NCBI GenBank assembly: GCA_022605425.2
Contig: CM061246.1
Span: 434,001 to 498,000, forward strand
Direction of reading: 5' to 3'
From: Hamiltosporidium tvaerminnensis FI-OER-3-3
Lineage: Eukaryota; Fungi; Microsporidia
Length of the DNA: 64,000 bases
Shown here: positions 8,994 through 21,060 of the stretch, piece after piece
Numbering within the stretch: the stretch's first letter is position 1
Layout of the letters: each line of letters begins with the position of its first letter
Notes under the pieces: model-generated
The model's input: the letters and a program-made list of their open reading frames with translations, nothing else
Told to the model about the DNA's origin: nothing
Database searches by the model: none
Program-made: the position numbers and the translations under genes

Positions 8994-11981
8994 CTAAACC
9001 TTAATTAAAAGATATTTTTTATGTTTTGACAATTGTTTATCCCCGAAATAAATTATGAAAAGATCACTTATCGGAATATTACCACTGACCAAGGGAATTA
9101 TTTCATATTTTTTTATCGTGAATGAATTTTTACTAACAATGAAAGGAGTATTTTCACAGGATAACAATATATTTTTAGTATAACTGATTTGGACTTTCAT
9201 ATTTTTGAATGGTAAAAAGTTAAAAAAAGCAAAAAATATCTCGGATTTCCTATTTTTATATAATTCGTTGGAAAATATCATGTAAAATGCACAGGCTTCT
9301 TCTTGTTTTTCCATGAAGAATGATTTTAATTTTTCGTATTCCATAATTGATTCGTGAAATAAAAATTTTGAATTTTTCATTTTATCAGTATCTATTGCAA
9401 GAAAAAATTTGTAAAAACATTCTTTGAAATTTTCAACAGAAATATTTTCATTAAAATTTATACAAATTGGAATTTCTCTGTCGATAAACAATGGAAAAAA
9501 ATCTAAAAAAAATTTGGGAATGTTAATGGAATTAAAATAATTCTTTAAAAATATATTTTTTAAATCTATAAATTTTTGAAGATCAATTTGATGTTCAAGT
9601 AAGCCCGTACAACTATTTTTATATTCATAAGTTTCTGGTTGTATGTCTTTGAATAAAAAGGATAAATTTTTTTCCAATGTTTCGTTAATTTTAACACACT
9701 GAAAGAATTTTGCTTTAACGCAAAAAATATATTCTTCATTGGGATTTAAGCAATACATAAATTTGTTTTCAATTTGTTCTAAAATTATATTATTTAAAAT
9801 ATTTTTATAAAAAAATTCATCAAAAGTATTATTTTCAAATATACTATGAACAGAATCATTCGTTAATAAATTATTAATTAAATTTTGAGAAAATTTATTC
9901 TCAAAATATTCAGTAAAATATTCCTCGAAGTTGGTACAATCAATTTTAATATTCACCAAATAAATGTTCTCGATTGTGTAATTTGGGTTAATGATTTGTA
10001 AATTATTTAATTCTATTTTTTTATCAGAAATATTTTTTACCAAAATGAAGAAAAAATCGGTCAAGAATTTTAAAAATACCGGCTTTAAAATAACAGATGA
10101 AACAACTCTAATCAAAATTTCTTGTGAAAAAAAATCTTTTACCCCTAATTTGAGTAAATGCTCACCGAGATCTAAATATTTACATCTTAAACCAACACTA
10201 TATATAGTAATTTTATCTTCATATGAACTATTCCGCTCTTTATTCTCTTTAAAAATATTTATTTTCTGTCCGTTCAAATCTAGATAAAGTTCTTCTGTAA
10301 AATTTGTTATTATTTTACATTTGATATTTATTTCTTCGAAACAATAAGAAGTTTTCGGACAATCCGTTTCTAAATAAACAAATTTTCTGTTTCTCTCAAT
10401 ATGAACTGTAAGATCAATTATCTGATAAAACCAAGAATTTTTATATTTAATTTTGAACTTATGAATTTTATAATTGCCTTCTTCGGGAAATTGAATCTGA
10501 TATTTAAAAATGCCATTTTCCAATATTTTACTATACTTTACTTCTTTTGGTTCATAGTTTTTAATTGAATGATTATATTTCATAAAAATTATTTCAATAT
10601 CCATTCTTAGTTCCACTGCAAGCGTTTCAAAACAGTTAAGAAATATTTCATTTTTTAAGGATTTCTTTAAACCATTAAACATGCTGTAATAATTTATTTC
10701 ATTTAGATCAATCAAATTGGTTTCAATTTCTATATTTATTTTATTATCTATGAACTCTTCAACTAAAGTTAAATCAAATTTATTAATTTGAAAAATCGAT
10801 TTAATTAAAGAATTCACTTGTGATTGATTATTATTAATCGTAGCAATATGATGACACTCTCTTAATATAATATTTAACAACCTAGATTCTTTTTTAAAAT
10901 AGAAACAAAGTATATGAAATACGGTAATATTTTTTGATTTATCACCAATGGTTTTTTCTAAAATAAAATCCGTAAAAAAACTGTAATCAAGATGTTTTTG
11001 AAGAAAAATATTTAAAGAAAAATATTTGAAAAAAATTGCTTTTCTTATTTGTGTTTGATTAAACAACAAAACATCAGATAATTCATAAGATAGAATAGCT
11101 TTGGTTAATTCATATCCTTCATAATTAAAAGTATTTACAAAAAAATATAAGGTAGATAAATATTCTTTATAAAGATGTTCCTCAGCTAAATAAATCATTA
11201 AGATAATAATCATTCTTATTCTTCCATGAATACAATGAATTTGAGTCATAATTCGTTCCAGAAGATTAATAAGTTCAGTATAATTTGGCCTTAAAATAAG
11301 GCAATAGAATAAGAGTTCATCTATAAGTATTTTTAATTTTTCATCTTCTACTTTTAAGTTTTTTAATAATTCTTCTGCTCTAATAAAGTCATCAAAAATT
11401 ACCAAGTCTATAAAATATTTAAGATTTTGTGTAATGTCCTTTCTATTTTCCTTAAAAATATATGTTCTCAAATCCAAAATACTTCTGCTTTCCCTAATTT
11501 TTTCTTTGTATGAACTTCTTATTTTATTTATTTCTTCATTTCGTATTTCAAATAATTCCTTAAAAATAAATTCAAAAAGCATATTTTCATCTAAAAATAT
11601 ATCCTTTTCAAAATCAATATAATATTCATCATTTTTTAAATTTTTTTTATGTGTCAGTTCAGAAAAATTCTCAAAATACAAATCTTTTTCTGGTTTTATT
11701 AATCTCAAGAATATTTTAACATTGTGATCATAAGCGTTACAATAAGTACAATTAAATTTACAAATTGAATCGTATAAAGATATAAATATTTTTTTATTTT
11801 TGTTTTCAGTTATTTCTCTCTGTAAAAGATCGTCAAACTCAACTATTTTTGATTTTATGCAAAATATTTTAGTTTTTAAAATATTTTTTTCTAATATATC
11901 CTTAAACTCTGATAAATTTGATTCCATTTCTATATATGCATTCATAGTAAAAAAGCTTTGGATTAATGTTTTTAAAGTCAT
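8994..11981 (-). CDS. 995-aa protein, probable TRAPP III subunit TRAPPC8/Trs85-like
   Basis: Long intact ORF with CCC at 12006-12008. Segments FEFIFKELF..INKIRSS, YFIDLVIFDDFIRAEELLK and KAILSYELSDVLLF..IRKAIFF recall conserved TRAPPC8 helical blocks in the expected order, followed by a beta-rich C-terminus. The gene is secure; the product name is tentative. Confidence 0.5.
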   Translation of the reverse strand: MTLKTLIQSFFTMNAYIEMESNLSEFKDILEKNILKTKIFCIKSKIVEFDDLLQREITENKNKKIFISLYDSICKFNCTYCNAYDHNVKIFLRLIKPEKDLYFENFSELTHKKNLKNDEYYIDFEKDIFLDENMLFEFIFKELFEIRNEEINKIRSSYKEKIRESRSILDLRTYIFKENRKDITQNLKYFIDLVIFDDFIRAEELLKNLKVEDEKLKILIDELLFYCLILRPNYTELINLLERIMTQIHCIHGRIRMIIILMIYLAEEHLYKEYLSTLYFFVNTFNYEGYELTKAILSYELSDVLLFNQTQIRKAIFFKYFSLNIFLQKHLDYSFFTDFILEKTIGDKSKNITVFHILCFYFKKESRLLNIILRECHHIATINNNQSQVNSLIKSIFQINKFDLTLVEEFIDNKINIEIETNLIDLNEINYYSMFNGLKKSLKNEIFLNCFETLAVELRMDIEIIFMKYNHSIKNYEPKEVKYSKILENGIFKYQIQFPEEGNYKIHKFKIKYKNSWFYQIIDLTVHIERNRKFVYLETDCPKTSYCFEEINIKCKIITNFTEELYLDLNGQKINIFKENKERNSSYEDKITIYSVGLRCKYLDLGEHLLKLGVKDFFSQEILIRVVSSVILKPVFLKFLTDFFFILVKNISDKKIELNNLQIINPNYTIENIYLVNIKIDCTNFEEYFTEYFENKFSQNLINNLLTNDSVHSIFENNTFDEFFYKNILNNIILEQIENKFMYCLNPNEEYIFCVKAKFFQCVKINETLEKNLSFLFKDIQPETYEYKNSCTGLLEHQIDLQKFIDLKNIFLKNYFNSINIPKFFLDFFPLFIDREIPICINFNENISVENFKECFYKFFLAIDTDKMKNSKFLFHESIMEYEKLKSFFMEKQEEACAFYMIFSNELYKNRKSEIFFAFFNFLPFKNMKVQISYTKNILLSCENTPFIVSKNSFTIKKYEIIPLVSGNIPISDLFIIYFGDKQLSKHKKYLLIKV

Positions 11982-12559
11982 TTATTCTATTTAAAATATA
12001 TATATGGGTAAGACATGATATATATTTAAATTTCTCATTTAGTATTTTTGATATAAAACAAAAGAAAATTATAACTTGTGATTTGTAAGAAAATAATGAA
12101 AGATTTAAATATAATTTTAAAATCTATCCCATCTTTATTTGGCTCAATTATTTTTTATTATAAAATAGAGTTATGCTACGACTCACCTCGAATTTTTAAC
12201 TGTTTCAAAAAGTGAAAGAACCTATAAAGTGCTACATTTTAAAAAGATTACTCTTATGAATCGTTCATAAGTCATACGAACCAATAATATTATACAGAAA
12301 CAAGACATGAAACACCTTAAAGCATTTGATTGTTCAAAAAAATTTAAATATCTTTTCTATATTAAAGTATACTACAACAAATGTATTATAGAAGTATATT
12401 TTGACCCTTCTGAAATTTAATTTTCACTTAGGATTTAATTTAAATCCCTTATTCTAATTAATTTCTAATTGTTTTTGCAAATACATAAACAATTGTATCA
12501 GAAGCTTGATGCTTTTTTGATTTTTCTCAGTGTAATTTATTTATATCTTGCATAATAGT

Positions 12560-12780
12560 TGCTTACTTATTCCCGTTCTCTTTTACTTCTCGGTGTTGAG
12601 GATGCACAAATAAAAATTTTCCATTTGTTTCTTTTAATCGAAATAACTCGGGATTATAGGGGATTAGCCTATGGAACTAGCGAGGTTTATATCCCACCAA
12701 AATCTCAACAATGATTTTCAAACAATTTTAGATACTCATTGCCAAGCAGATAGTTTTTAATGTGGCTATACTTCTTCCAC
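12560..12780 (-). repeat. Short dispersed non-coding repeat (family 2, ~225 bp)
   Basis: Homologous to 54495-54718 and 56515-56745. Carries the module GTGGAAGAAGTATAGCCACATTAAAAACTATCTGCTTGGCAATGA and a TAAG-repeat tail. Confidence 0.75.
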
Positions 12781-13242
12781 TTTAATAATAGTTGCATAGG
12801 ACAACTATTGATTGAATAATCTTATGAAGTTTTATATCTGATTGAATTAAATGATTTTCAATGAAAATAACTAAAAGTTTATATAATTACAACATTTCTA
12901 ATGCATAACGACGCGTTCAAATATTTTTTTTCGAAAAAAAACTCCACAGATCTTAAAACTATCGAAAAGTAAATTGATAGTTAAGAAAACAAATGGTAAA
13001 TTTAATAAAGTTAAAAAACAAAAGCTACTAAAAATTTGAACCCAATAAGACAGAAACTAAAAATACTCCATGAAAACTATTCTGAGTTTTGATTAATCAA
13101 TTGCTAAGCGGCTTAAAACGCAGATACGGGATCCCAAAAGATATACAGGTAAACAGAGCAAGCGAGAGTATACAATCCTAACTGAAAATATCGGAAACTA
13201 TAGCTCAATAACGAAGTTAAATATGATCATTTTGTTGGAAAA

Positions 13243-13950
13243 AGTTACATCATTTTAAAACAGTGGCATAAGTTACTTTTGTTTATGACTTTCACACAAT
13301 TCTAGGCTTTACCTCTAATTGCCCAACCACACTGCATCAGTATTTCTTAAGATACCTCTATCCCATAGCCTTCATCTACCAAGTGCGTATAACCTAATTA
13401 ATAGGCGAGGCAGTTGCCCGGAGTTCGTTAATGTCCGTAGCATGGAGTGTGATCGAAAGCCGAAGCTCCCCTAGGCTCCCCAAAGACTATGCAGTATTCC
13501 CACTTACTTTACACTTTTTGAATCTAATAAACCTCTAGCTAAGATATATTTCAGAGACTTACATGGAGTCCACCTAGACAGTGCAATGTCTTATCAACAG
13601 GTATAACCTACACCTAGCTTTCCCGGGTTTAAATAGTTTTATTTTTATATCTCCATGGCGCCCAGTCTTCTAACCCGAATGAGTAAGACTAGGTTTCCAT
13701 GCTCTTACATGAAAATTATCTACAAGTTCAGCCGCGGTCTGCAATCTAGTTACATAAAAAACCACAAAATATATCTCTAGAAAAAGTATCGCTTTCTATA
13801 GACTTTCTTCTCCTCATACAAATCCCACGGACAACCGAAATTTTAGTGGAGTTTTATTCCGACCGAAAAACCAAACAATGATCTTCACACCAGTTTCACA
13901 TATTCATTGCCAAGCAGAAAGTTTTTAGTTTGGTTATTTTCACTCCACTC
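13243..13950 (-). repeat. Long dispersed non-coding repeat (family 1, ~700 bp), copy 1
   Basis: Collinear with 20358-21060, 24651-25346 and 55744-56458, e.g. AAGTGGGAATRCTGCATAGTCTT and TCGCCTATTAATTAGGTT. Confidence 0.88.
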
Positions 13951-14104
13951 GTGAGGTTTAATATGATAGATATATCTTATTTTTGTTGAATGCAAAATTA
14001 AGTACGTTTCTACAGGTCCAGCGTTTAGTTATTTTCGGAACCTTCTAAAATGATTTCTAACCAATAAGAAGGTGTAAATTTTTATTAATTCTATATTAAT
14101 ATTG

Positions 14105-15060
14105 CTTAAGGGGGAATAATCACATTAAAAACTATCCGTTGAGTATGATTTGGGGAAATAATGTCAACATCATTCTTTTGGATTTTAGGTGAAATAAAAA
14201 ACACATTACATTTTTGGTTACTCTATGTAAATTTATATATGGTGGAGAAGTCCAAAATAGCAAGACCATATTACAAATTTAGGTTGTAGGTTTTTAAACA
14301 ACAAGATTAGAAGCCAGATTGAAATAGTTGGTAATGACATGTAAAAGCCTCACAACTAGCCTATCTCACTCTATTTAGAAGAATTTTGCGCATGGGAAAT
14401 ACAAAAAAATTAAATTCATTCGTTCATCCTCGGGATTACAACCCTGAACGAGCCTTAGCCCTCCCTAAGTAATGTCGCTCACTGGTCTCTTTCCTGTTGG
14501 GTTCGTTTAATTTTTTTGGGTTTCGTAACAAGATGGTTTAAAGGGTGGGCTGTTAGCCCTACGCCCAACTTCCAGCCTAAAGGCTTAGCCCGTTTGAGTC
14601 GCCTCTTACGACAAGAAGGGAAGACCTCATGCCGATTCTGGTCCCGGCAAAAAAATTAGATACTGTTTAAAAATTTAGACAATTAAAGTAACTGATATTA
14701 CGTTGGTAAGCAATTAAAATGACTAGGTATACTAATTTAAGCTCACTGTGATATTTTATAGAGAAATATATATTTGGTTCGGAAGGTGTAAAAAATGCGA
14801 GAAGGCTCTTGGTCTTGGATATCTTAAGGTAAGTTTCGGCCTGTAATCACACTTAAAGTAACGCCCATTAACAAAAATCGGGCACCTGGAAAGCTGATTA
14901 AATTGGTTCTATACATTTTCTATGTGAAAACTTTAGGATTTGGGTATCTAAGAGACACAGTTCAAGCGTCGAATGGAGAGCAGTTATCTTTACAAATTCT
15001 AAGTATACGTTAAGGCCACGAAAAAAATATATAATATGCTTTTTGTTCAACATGGATATT
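14105..15060 (+). repeat. Family 1 repeat, diverged copy 2, interrupted by a SINE-like insertion
   Basis: Head CACATTAAAAACTATC at ~14121. Similarity to the other copies stops at ~14414 and resumes after 14660 (TTGGTTCGGAAGGTGT, GGTCTTGGA, GATTAAATTGGTTCTATAC). Confidence 0.7.
14415..14647 (-). mobile_element. Non-autonomous bipartite RTE-derived short retroelement (5'-UTR part + 3' tail) with 13-bp TSD
   Basis: The minus strand has CTTGTCGTAAGAGGCGACT and GTTGGGCGTAGGGCTAACAGCCCACCC..TGTTACGAAA (RTE 5'-UTR-type motifs), then GAGGGCTAAGGCTCGTTCAGGGTTGTAATCCC and a GAAT-like microsatellite tail. CAAAAAAATTAAA (14402-14414) and CAAAAAAATTAGA (14648-14660) flank it. Confidence 0.8.
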
Positions 15061-16890
15061 CATTCAGATAGTAAAATAATTCTTTATAACCATAATTTGG
15101 CATTTCGTTTTTTTAATTTATGGTTCAATAAAAAGTTCAAATACAAAATTTATTGCAAGAATTTTGTTGGTCAAAAAACCTTACTGAATAGAAAATTTAT
15201 CTATGATTTATGAAACTTTATTAAAGATTTTTTCTTGTATTTTATGCAAAGCTAGTTGCTTAAATTATTTTTTTTTCGATTTTACAAGTCATAGGTTTAA
15301 ATTTAATTAATGTCCTGAATATATCCCGATGTATTATTTTACCTCTTCCATAGGAAATTAGATGCTTAAAAATTTAAATCGTTGCTTTATTCCTTCTTTC
15401 AGGTTAATGTTTACACGAAAAAATAGCATAGACTGGGTATGTATTCTCATTTTTTTTGATTACATTTTCTTATTTAATTCCTAGGTTTTATCGAACCAGT
15501 CCTTAACTATATTCTCTAGGTAAAAAATATGAATGATCTCGTACATATCTTTGAGTATTATCGACAGAAAATTAACCTTGGGCCTTAGTTAAATTGAAGC
15601 TTTCAAATAGTAAATTTATAGTCTAAAGGCACTGTACACTCAACTGAAACCTAAAAAATTTTTCTGACACCCCACCAAAAACAAATCATGGCTTATTAGT
15701 CTACGGCGTATAATTGTCTGGTTTTTTGTGCTTAACACTTTTGAGCGAGCCATGTGAAGTAATAACATTTCCTAAACAAAATATTATCAGCTTATTTTAC
15801 AAAATGAAATTCACATTTTAGATTGCAGATTTTTACATAGGTCTTAAGTGTAGCCATTAGCTTCATTTCCAAATAAACGACTCTTAATTTTTTTTTAAGC
15901 TTGTATTTTTATTTACTAAAGCCTATGATAATGCTCCCGTTCTCTTCCTAATATTGTTCTTCAGTCTTTTTGGTCATTTTACATATTTTAAGCCTCGCTT
16001 CACATCATTATTAGATTGACAATAGTTCTGATATTTTCCTTCTACTTTTCAAAATATATTTCTATTACGAATGCTGCAAAAATTTTCTTCATAGCCGCCA
16101 CATATTTTTTTTCAAGAGTCGACTCATTCAAACAATTTATAATACATACTATCTGGTCACTTTTATAGTTTGAAACGCTTAAATATATTATTCAATTCGT
16201 ATCATTACACGCAATTCCCAAATTAATGTTTTCCAATTGGTTATTAGTGACTCTTCATCCTAATCTTAACTAGGAGAATCGTGTTATTGATCAAAATATT
16301 TTGTTAGTCTTCCCAAATTTGAGATACCATTCTTTTATACGAATTTCTTTAATTGTTTTCTTAAATTTAAGAGATGAAAAGGTTTATGTCGACTTGGATC
16401 TTAATGCAGTATCAAAATCTTACAACTTCTGTTTTATCCGCCTAAAACCACACCTTACATCCTGAACATAGATTTTACTTGTAACAACAATACCAAAAGA
16501 ATTGTAGCAATAGACTATAAGACATCAGCTGGTTCTATTCGAAGAAATTCGAAATTATATTCGATTCTTTTCTTGTATTACATTTGAAGCTAAAAAATAT
16601 CTTAAGTGTAGATATTTGTTTCCCCTATACTTCTTAAAATTAAATATGTTGAGTACCTAATACAATATTTTATTTTCTTCATATATTTATAAGAACTAAG
16701 TCATTCTATAAAGCACATTCGCACACCACATATTTTTTGCGACGTAGTTCATATCCCTATTTCTTAATAGTATTGGGAGTACACATGTGAATATATTAGA
16801 GTGAGCTTTTATTGAAAAAAATTGAATATACTAAAAAAATCTTAAAAATCGACACTTCACAATAACAAAAAAAGGAACAATTTTAATATT

Positions 16891-19387
16891 TTATGAAGCA
16901 TATATTCTTAGGTTTTCTGAAGGAAACGCTTCTTTTAAATTTTTAATAAATTCTGTATTCATAAACGCCGCGTTAAAGGACATCTCAAGGAATACGTCAT
17001 TTGATAAGCCGATATTTGTATAATATTTAATCGAAAATGGGACTGAACAGCGAATTAACGATAATTTTTTGAGTTTTTTTCAATTTTGAAATAAATTTCA
17101 AATCGGATTCAGAAATACAAAAATTTGAGAAATATATATATTTTATATTATAGTCCTCGCCATAATACCCATAAATGTAGAGGCATACATTCAGTCCATA
17201 GTACTTAAGAAAACAGTCGAAATGATGTTTAGTAAACTGATGTTAGTATATTTTTAATACGTCACTATATATATAGTGTAATAACAAACAGAAATAAATA
17301 AATAGTCCTCGCCATTGCAAAATAGATCAGATATATAAATTTGTTCCAAATCTAGGTTAGAAAATTTAATATTTTCCAAATTCAAGGAATTTTTGAAAAC
17401 TTGAACATCTTCTTCTCCAATCACAAATTGAGTAAGACTTAATTTCTTTACTTGGGAATAATTATTTTTTGAAAATAAACATTGTAAGGAACCTGTATCA
17501 CATTTAGCACATAAATAAAGTGATTCTTTTAGTTGAATATTCGAGAGCAATTTCATTTCGGACATTTCAATTTTTTCCTTGTGGAAAAAAATTTCTAAAA
17601 GTTCTAGATGTCTGATATTAATTTTCATAGAGTAAGGCCAGCTTAAATAACTTTTCGTGGAAATAATAAAACTAATTCGTTTTAAATTGGTCATTAAAGT
17701 ACCAATCCGTAGAAATTTCTTAAAATGCATCACATTTAGCCCCAAATGTAAAATATTCAATAGATTTGTTGTTAAAATTCAAATTCTCTTTCAAGAAAAT
17801 TTCCGAACAAAAAATTCTTAAATTTTTAAGCTCATATATATCTAAAATATCTTTCAAAAAACCACAATTTATTGTTGATTTATCAATTGCTATTTCACTA
17901 ATATTCTTTTCTATAACATTACCTTTGACTTTAAATTCATTTAAATCCAACTCATAAAAAGTTATAGAGATGTTAAAAAAATCACTATTGCAACGAATAT
18001 TACATCCTATTTGCCAGAAGTTATATTTTAAATCCAAAAATTTAAAACTTTTTATTTTTTCTTTGAAAATATTTTCATCAAAAAGAGATGAAAAAGATAT
18101 ATAGTTATAATTTTTGTATTTATTTAGGTCGAACTAGACATTTTTCTCGCATGATAATTCCTTTTTAGACCTTCCTCCTTTTTTTTGTGAATTCAAAACA
18201 ATATCTTTAATTTTGTCAAGTGTGGTAAGTATTTCAAATTTAGCAATTAAATTTTCTTTATTTATAATGAAACAATCATAAAAGATAAATTCATCTATTT
18301 TATTTAGTGTTTTTGAAAATTTTAACTTTGTTATGATTGTAGATTCCAAAAAGACAATTTTCTTTAGATATATAAATGCTTGATTTGTATTAAGAGAGAT
18401 GATAAATTGACTTGGAATTCTAAGGTTATGAAATACGATTTCATCAAGTCTTTTTTGTAAATTTTCTAAAATGAAACAACATATTTTTAAATTTTTCAAT
18501 TTTACATCAAGCACATGAAGATATTTTATATCAAATGTATTTAGTACTAGGATGAACAGATTTTTACTTTTTACATGTTTTGCTATATTTTTCGAAATAT
18601 TTTCAAAAAAATCATCTTTCAAAATCAATAGATAGCTTCTGTTGGGCGTATAGAATATTTCATATTTCTCTAACAGACAAATATTGTTTTCCCTAATAAA
18701 AACCCATGGATTAAAGTTGTTTTCGTGTTTAAAAAATTCAAAATATTCTTGAGATATTATTTTGAAGAATTCATGTGAAAATATTTCTTGTTTTGAAAAA
18801 TGTAACGGTATTTTATCAACAACATTATCCTCTAATTCTGTAGATTGTGATAATGAGAAAAAAATCGAAATCAAAAATTTTCTTAATTTATCGTCATATT
18901 GTACTCTTAAATATTCTAAAAAGTATACAATTGTATAAAAACTTTCTATTGTCATTTTTTCATGTGCGAAATAGTATGACATTATTACTCTATAAAAAAT
19001 TTTAAATTCGGATGTCGTTATATGGGGGCATAAATATATCTCTTGATTCGATTTTTCGGCGTTCAAGTTTTGAAATATATCAAATTTTAAACCAAAAATT
19101 TCGATATCTTCAATGATATACTTTTGATATTTTATACTGTTGTTGCTGGCTAAAAGATACTTTATATGCTCGATTTCTATTGTTTTGTCACGAACGTCTC
19201 TTTTGATTCTGCAAAAACAATCAGTTTTTGTTGCTGTAATATCTAAATTTAAAAAATGTTCTTGGATATCTTGAGCAACATAAACTATCACATCTCTCTC
19301 ACTTGAGTTGCAAGCAAATATCAAAATAAGAGAATCCAAGATATAAAACATATTTTTTGATCCTAAAAAATATAAATTAAATTTCAT
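16891..19387 (-). pseudogene. Disrupted member of a lineage-expanded LRR-like secreted protein family
   Basis: ORFs 18134..19387 and 17720..18037 are in the same frame, separated by one TAG. A frameshift near 17750 leads into 17254..17760. A retro fragment sits at 17164, and coding-like sequence resumes to ...KEAFPSENLRIYAS-stop at 16891. Hydrophobic N-terminus and LxxLxI repeats. Confidence 0.7.
17164..17222 (+). mobile_element. ~60-bp fragment of the R4/Dong-like retrotransposon
   Basis: AATACCCATAAATGTAGAGGCATACATTCAGTCCATAGTACTTAAGAAAACAGTCGAAA matches the IPMNVEAYIQSIVLKKTVE-coding region. Confidence 0.85.
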
Positions 19388-20357
19388 GAGGTTGAAATAT
19401 AATTTTTATTTATATTTTTTAAATCAATTAACCATTTAAGTATTTTCAAAAATAAATTCGTTTTAAATGACAATATTATAAAAAATAAGCCTGGAAATTT
19501 TATAATATTAGCCAAAATCTAAATAAATATTAAAAAGTAGAATAGTTTATACAAGAATTGGTTTTTTTTTAACTTTTTTATATTAAAAAAATTTAAGACA
19601 AAAAATTTCCTCCTTTATTTTGCTGTTCTTTTTCGCATCAAAATAGATCATTCAATATTCTTTTTATTTTTTCTTACAAATTTCTATAAATTTTAGATCG
19701 TTTTTTTATATTCCAAAATTAAATTTGCCAATTAATCACTTTTTAGAATATTTGTAAAATCTGAATGATATTCTTTAAAAAAGCTTAAAATTCAATTAAT
19801 TTGTTAGATTGAAATTCATTTGAAGGATATATATTCACATTATTTAAGATAAAGAATAAATCAAGCAATATATTAAGACACGTAATTGTTATTTACTTTC
19901 AAATTTATTTCATTATTAAAATTTTTGAAGAAATAGACTCAAAACAGTAATTTTAAATAAAATCACTTTGGACATATCCCATCTATATTATTAATATATT
20001 TTGTTTTTATGTATGATTTATTTTTTTCATTTTTTTGTATAATTTAATTTATTCATCTTTTGTTCTATAGTTGGTTTTAACGGCACTATTTTCTACGATT
20101 ATTTATCTTTTTGATGATTTTTAAACTTATCAGAAAATAGAGCAGAGTTACGTGTTTGTAATTTTAAATATTTTATTCATATTTCAACCAATTATTAATT
20201 TAATAATTTTTAATTTATTTAATACCAGAAAATTTTATTTATTTTAAGTTTGAAGAAAATAGAATCAATCATTTATATTTTAAACAAAACATGTATATGA
20301 GAGAAAATAAATACAAGTTGAACGACTTATTTAATTAATCAACATAACTATTTTAGG

Positions 20358-21060
20358 GTGGAGGGAGTATAACCACATGAAAACTTTCTGATTGGCAATG
20401 AGTATGTGAAACGGGTGTGAAGAAGATTTTTTGATGTTTTGATGAAAATAAAACCACAAACATCTTCGGTTGTTATATGGGATTTGTATGAGGAGAAGGT
20501 CTATGAAATGGCGAAAATTTTTACACAAATTTATTTGCAGTTTTTTATGTAACTAGATATCAGACCACTGCTGAAAATCTAATAAATTGCCATGTAAAAG
20601 CATAGAAGCATAGCCTTGCTCACTCAGGTTAGAACAATTGGCGCCTGGGATATATAAAAATAAAACCTTCTAACCCAGGAAAGCTAGGTGCAGGTTAGAC
20701 TTGTTGGTATAGTATGGCATTGCACTGTCTAAGTGGACCTCATGAACATCTTCGAGATATATCTTAGCTAGGAATTATTAGGTTCGGAAAGTTTAGAGTA
20801 AGTGGGAATGCTGCATAGTCTTGGGAGAGCCCAGGGAGCTTCGATCACACACCATTTAACGGACATTATCTAACACCGGAAGACAGCATCCTCTATTAAT
20901 TAGGTTCTGCACACCGTTTAGATGAAGGATTTAGGACCTAGGTATCGCAGAGAGTACTGATAGAGTGCATAAGTAGCAGTTATCTATGTTAAACCTAGAA
21001 CTGCATCAATGTCATGGAAACAAATATAAAAATTGCCACTGTTTTAAAAAGATGTGATAC
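20358..21060 (+). repeat. Family 1 repeat, copy 3
   Basis: Runs from GTGGAGGGAGTATAACCACATGAAAACTTTCTGATTGGCAATGA to TTGCCACTGTTTTAAAAAGATGTGATAC, collinear with copy 5. Confidence 0.9.

Noticed and set aside
13540-13595. Group I intron R/S-like motifs (TCAGAGACT..AGTCC) in family 1
   Set aside because: Only ~7 nt separate the putative P7 strands, leaving no room for P3/P8, and the motif is not conserved in the other copies.
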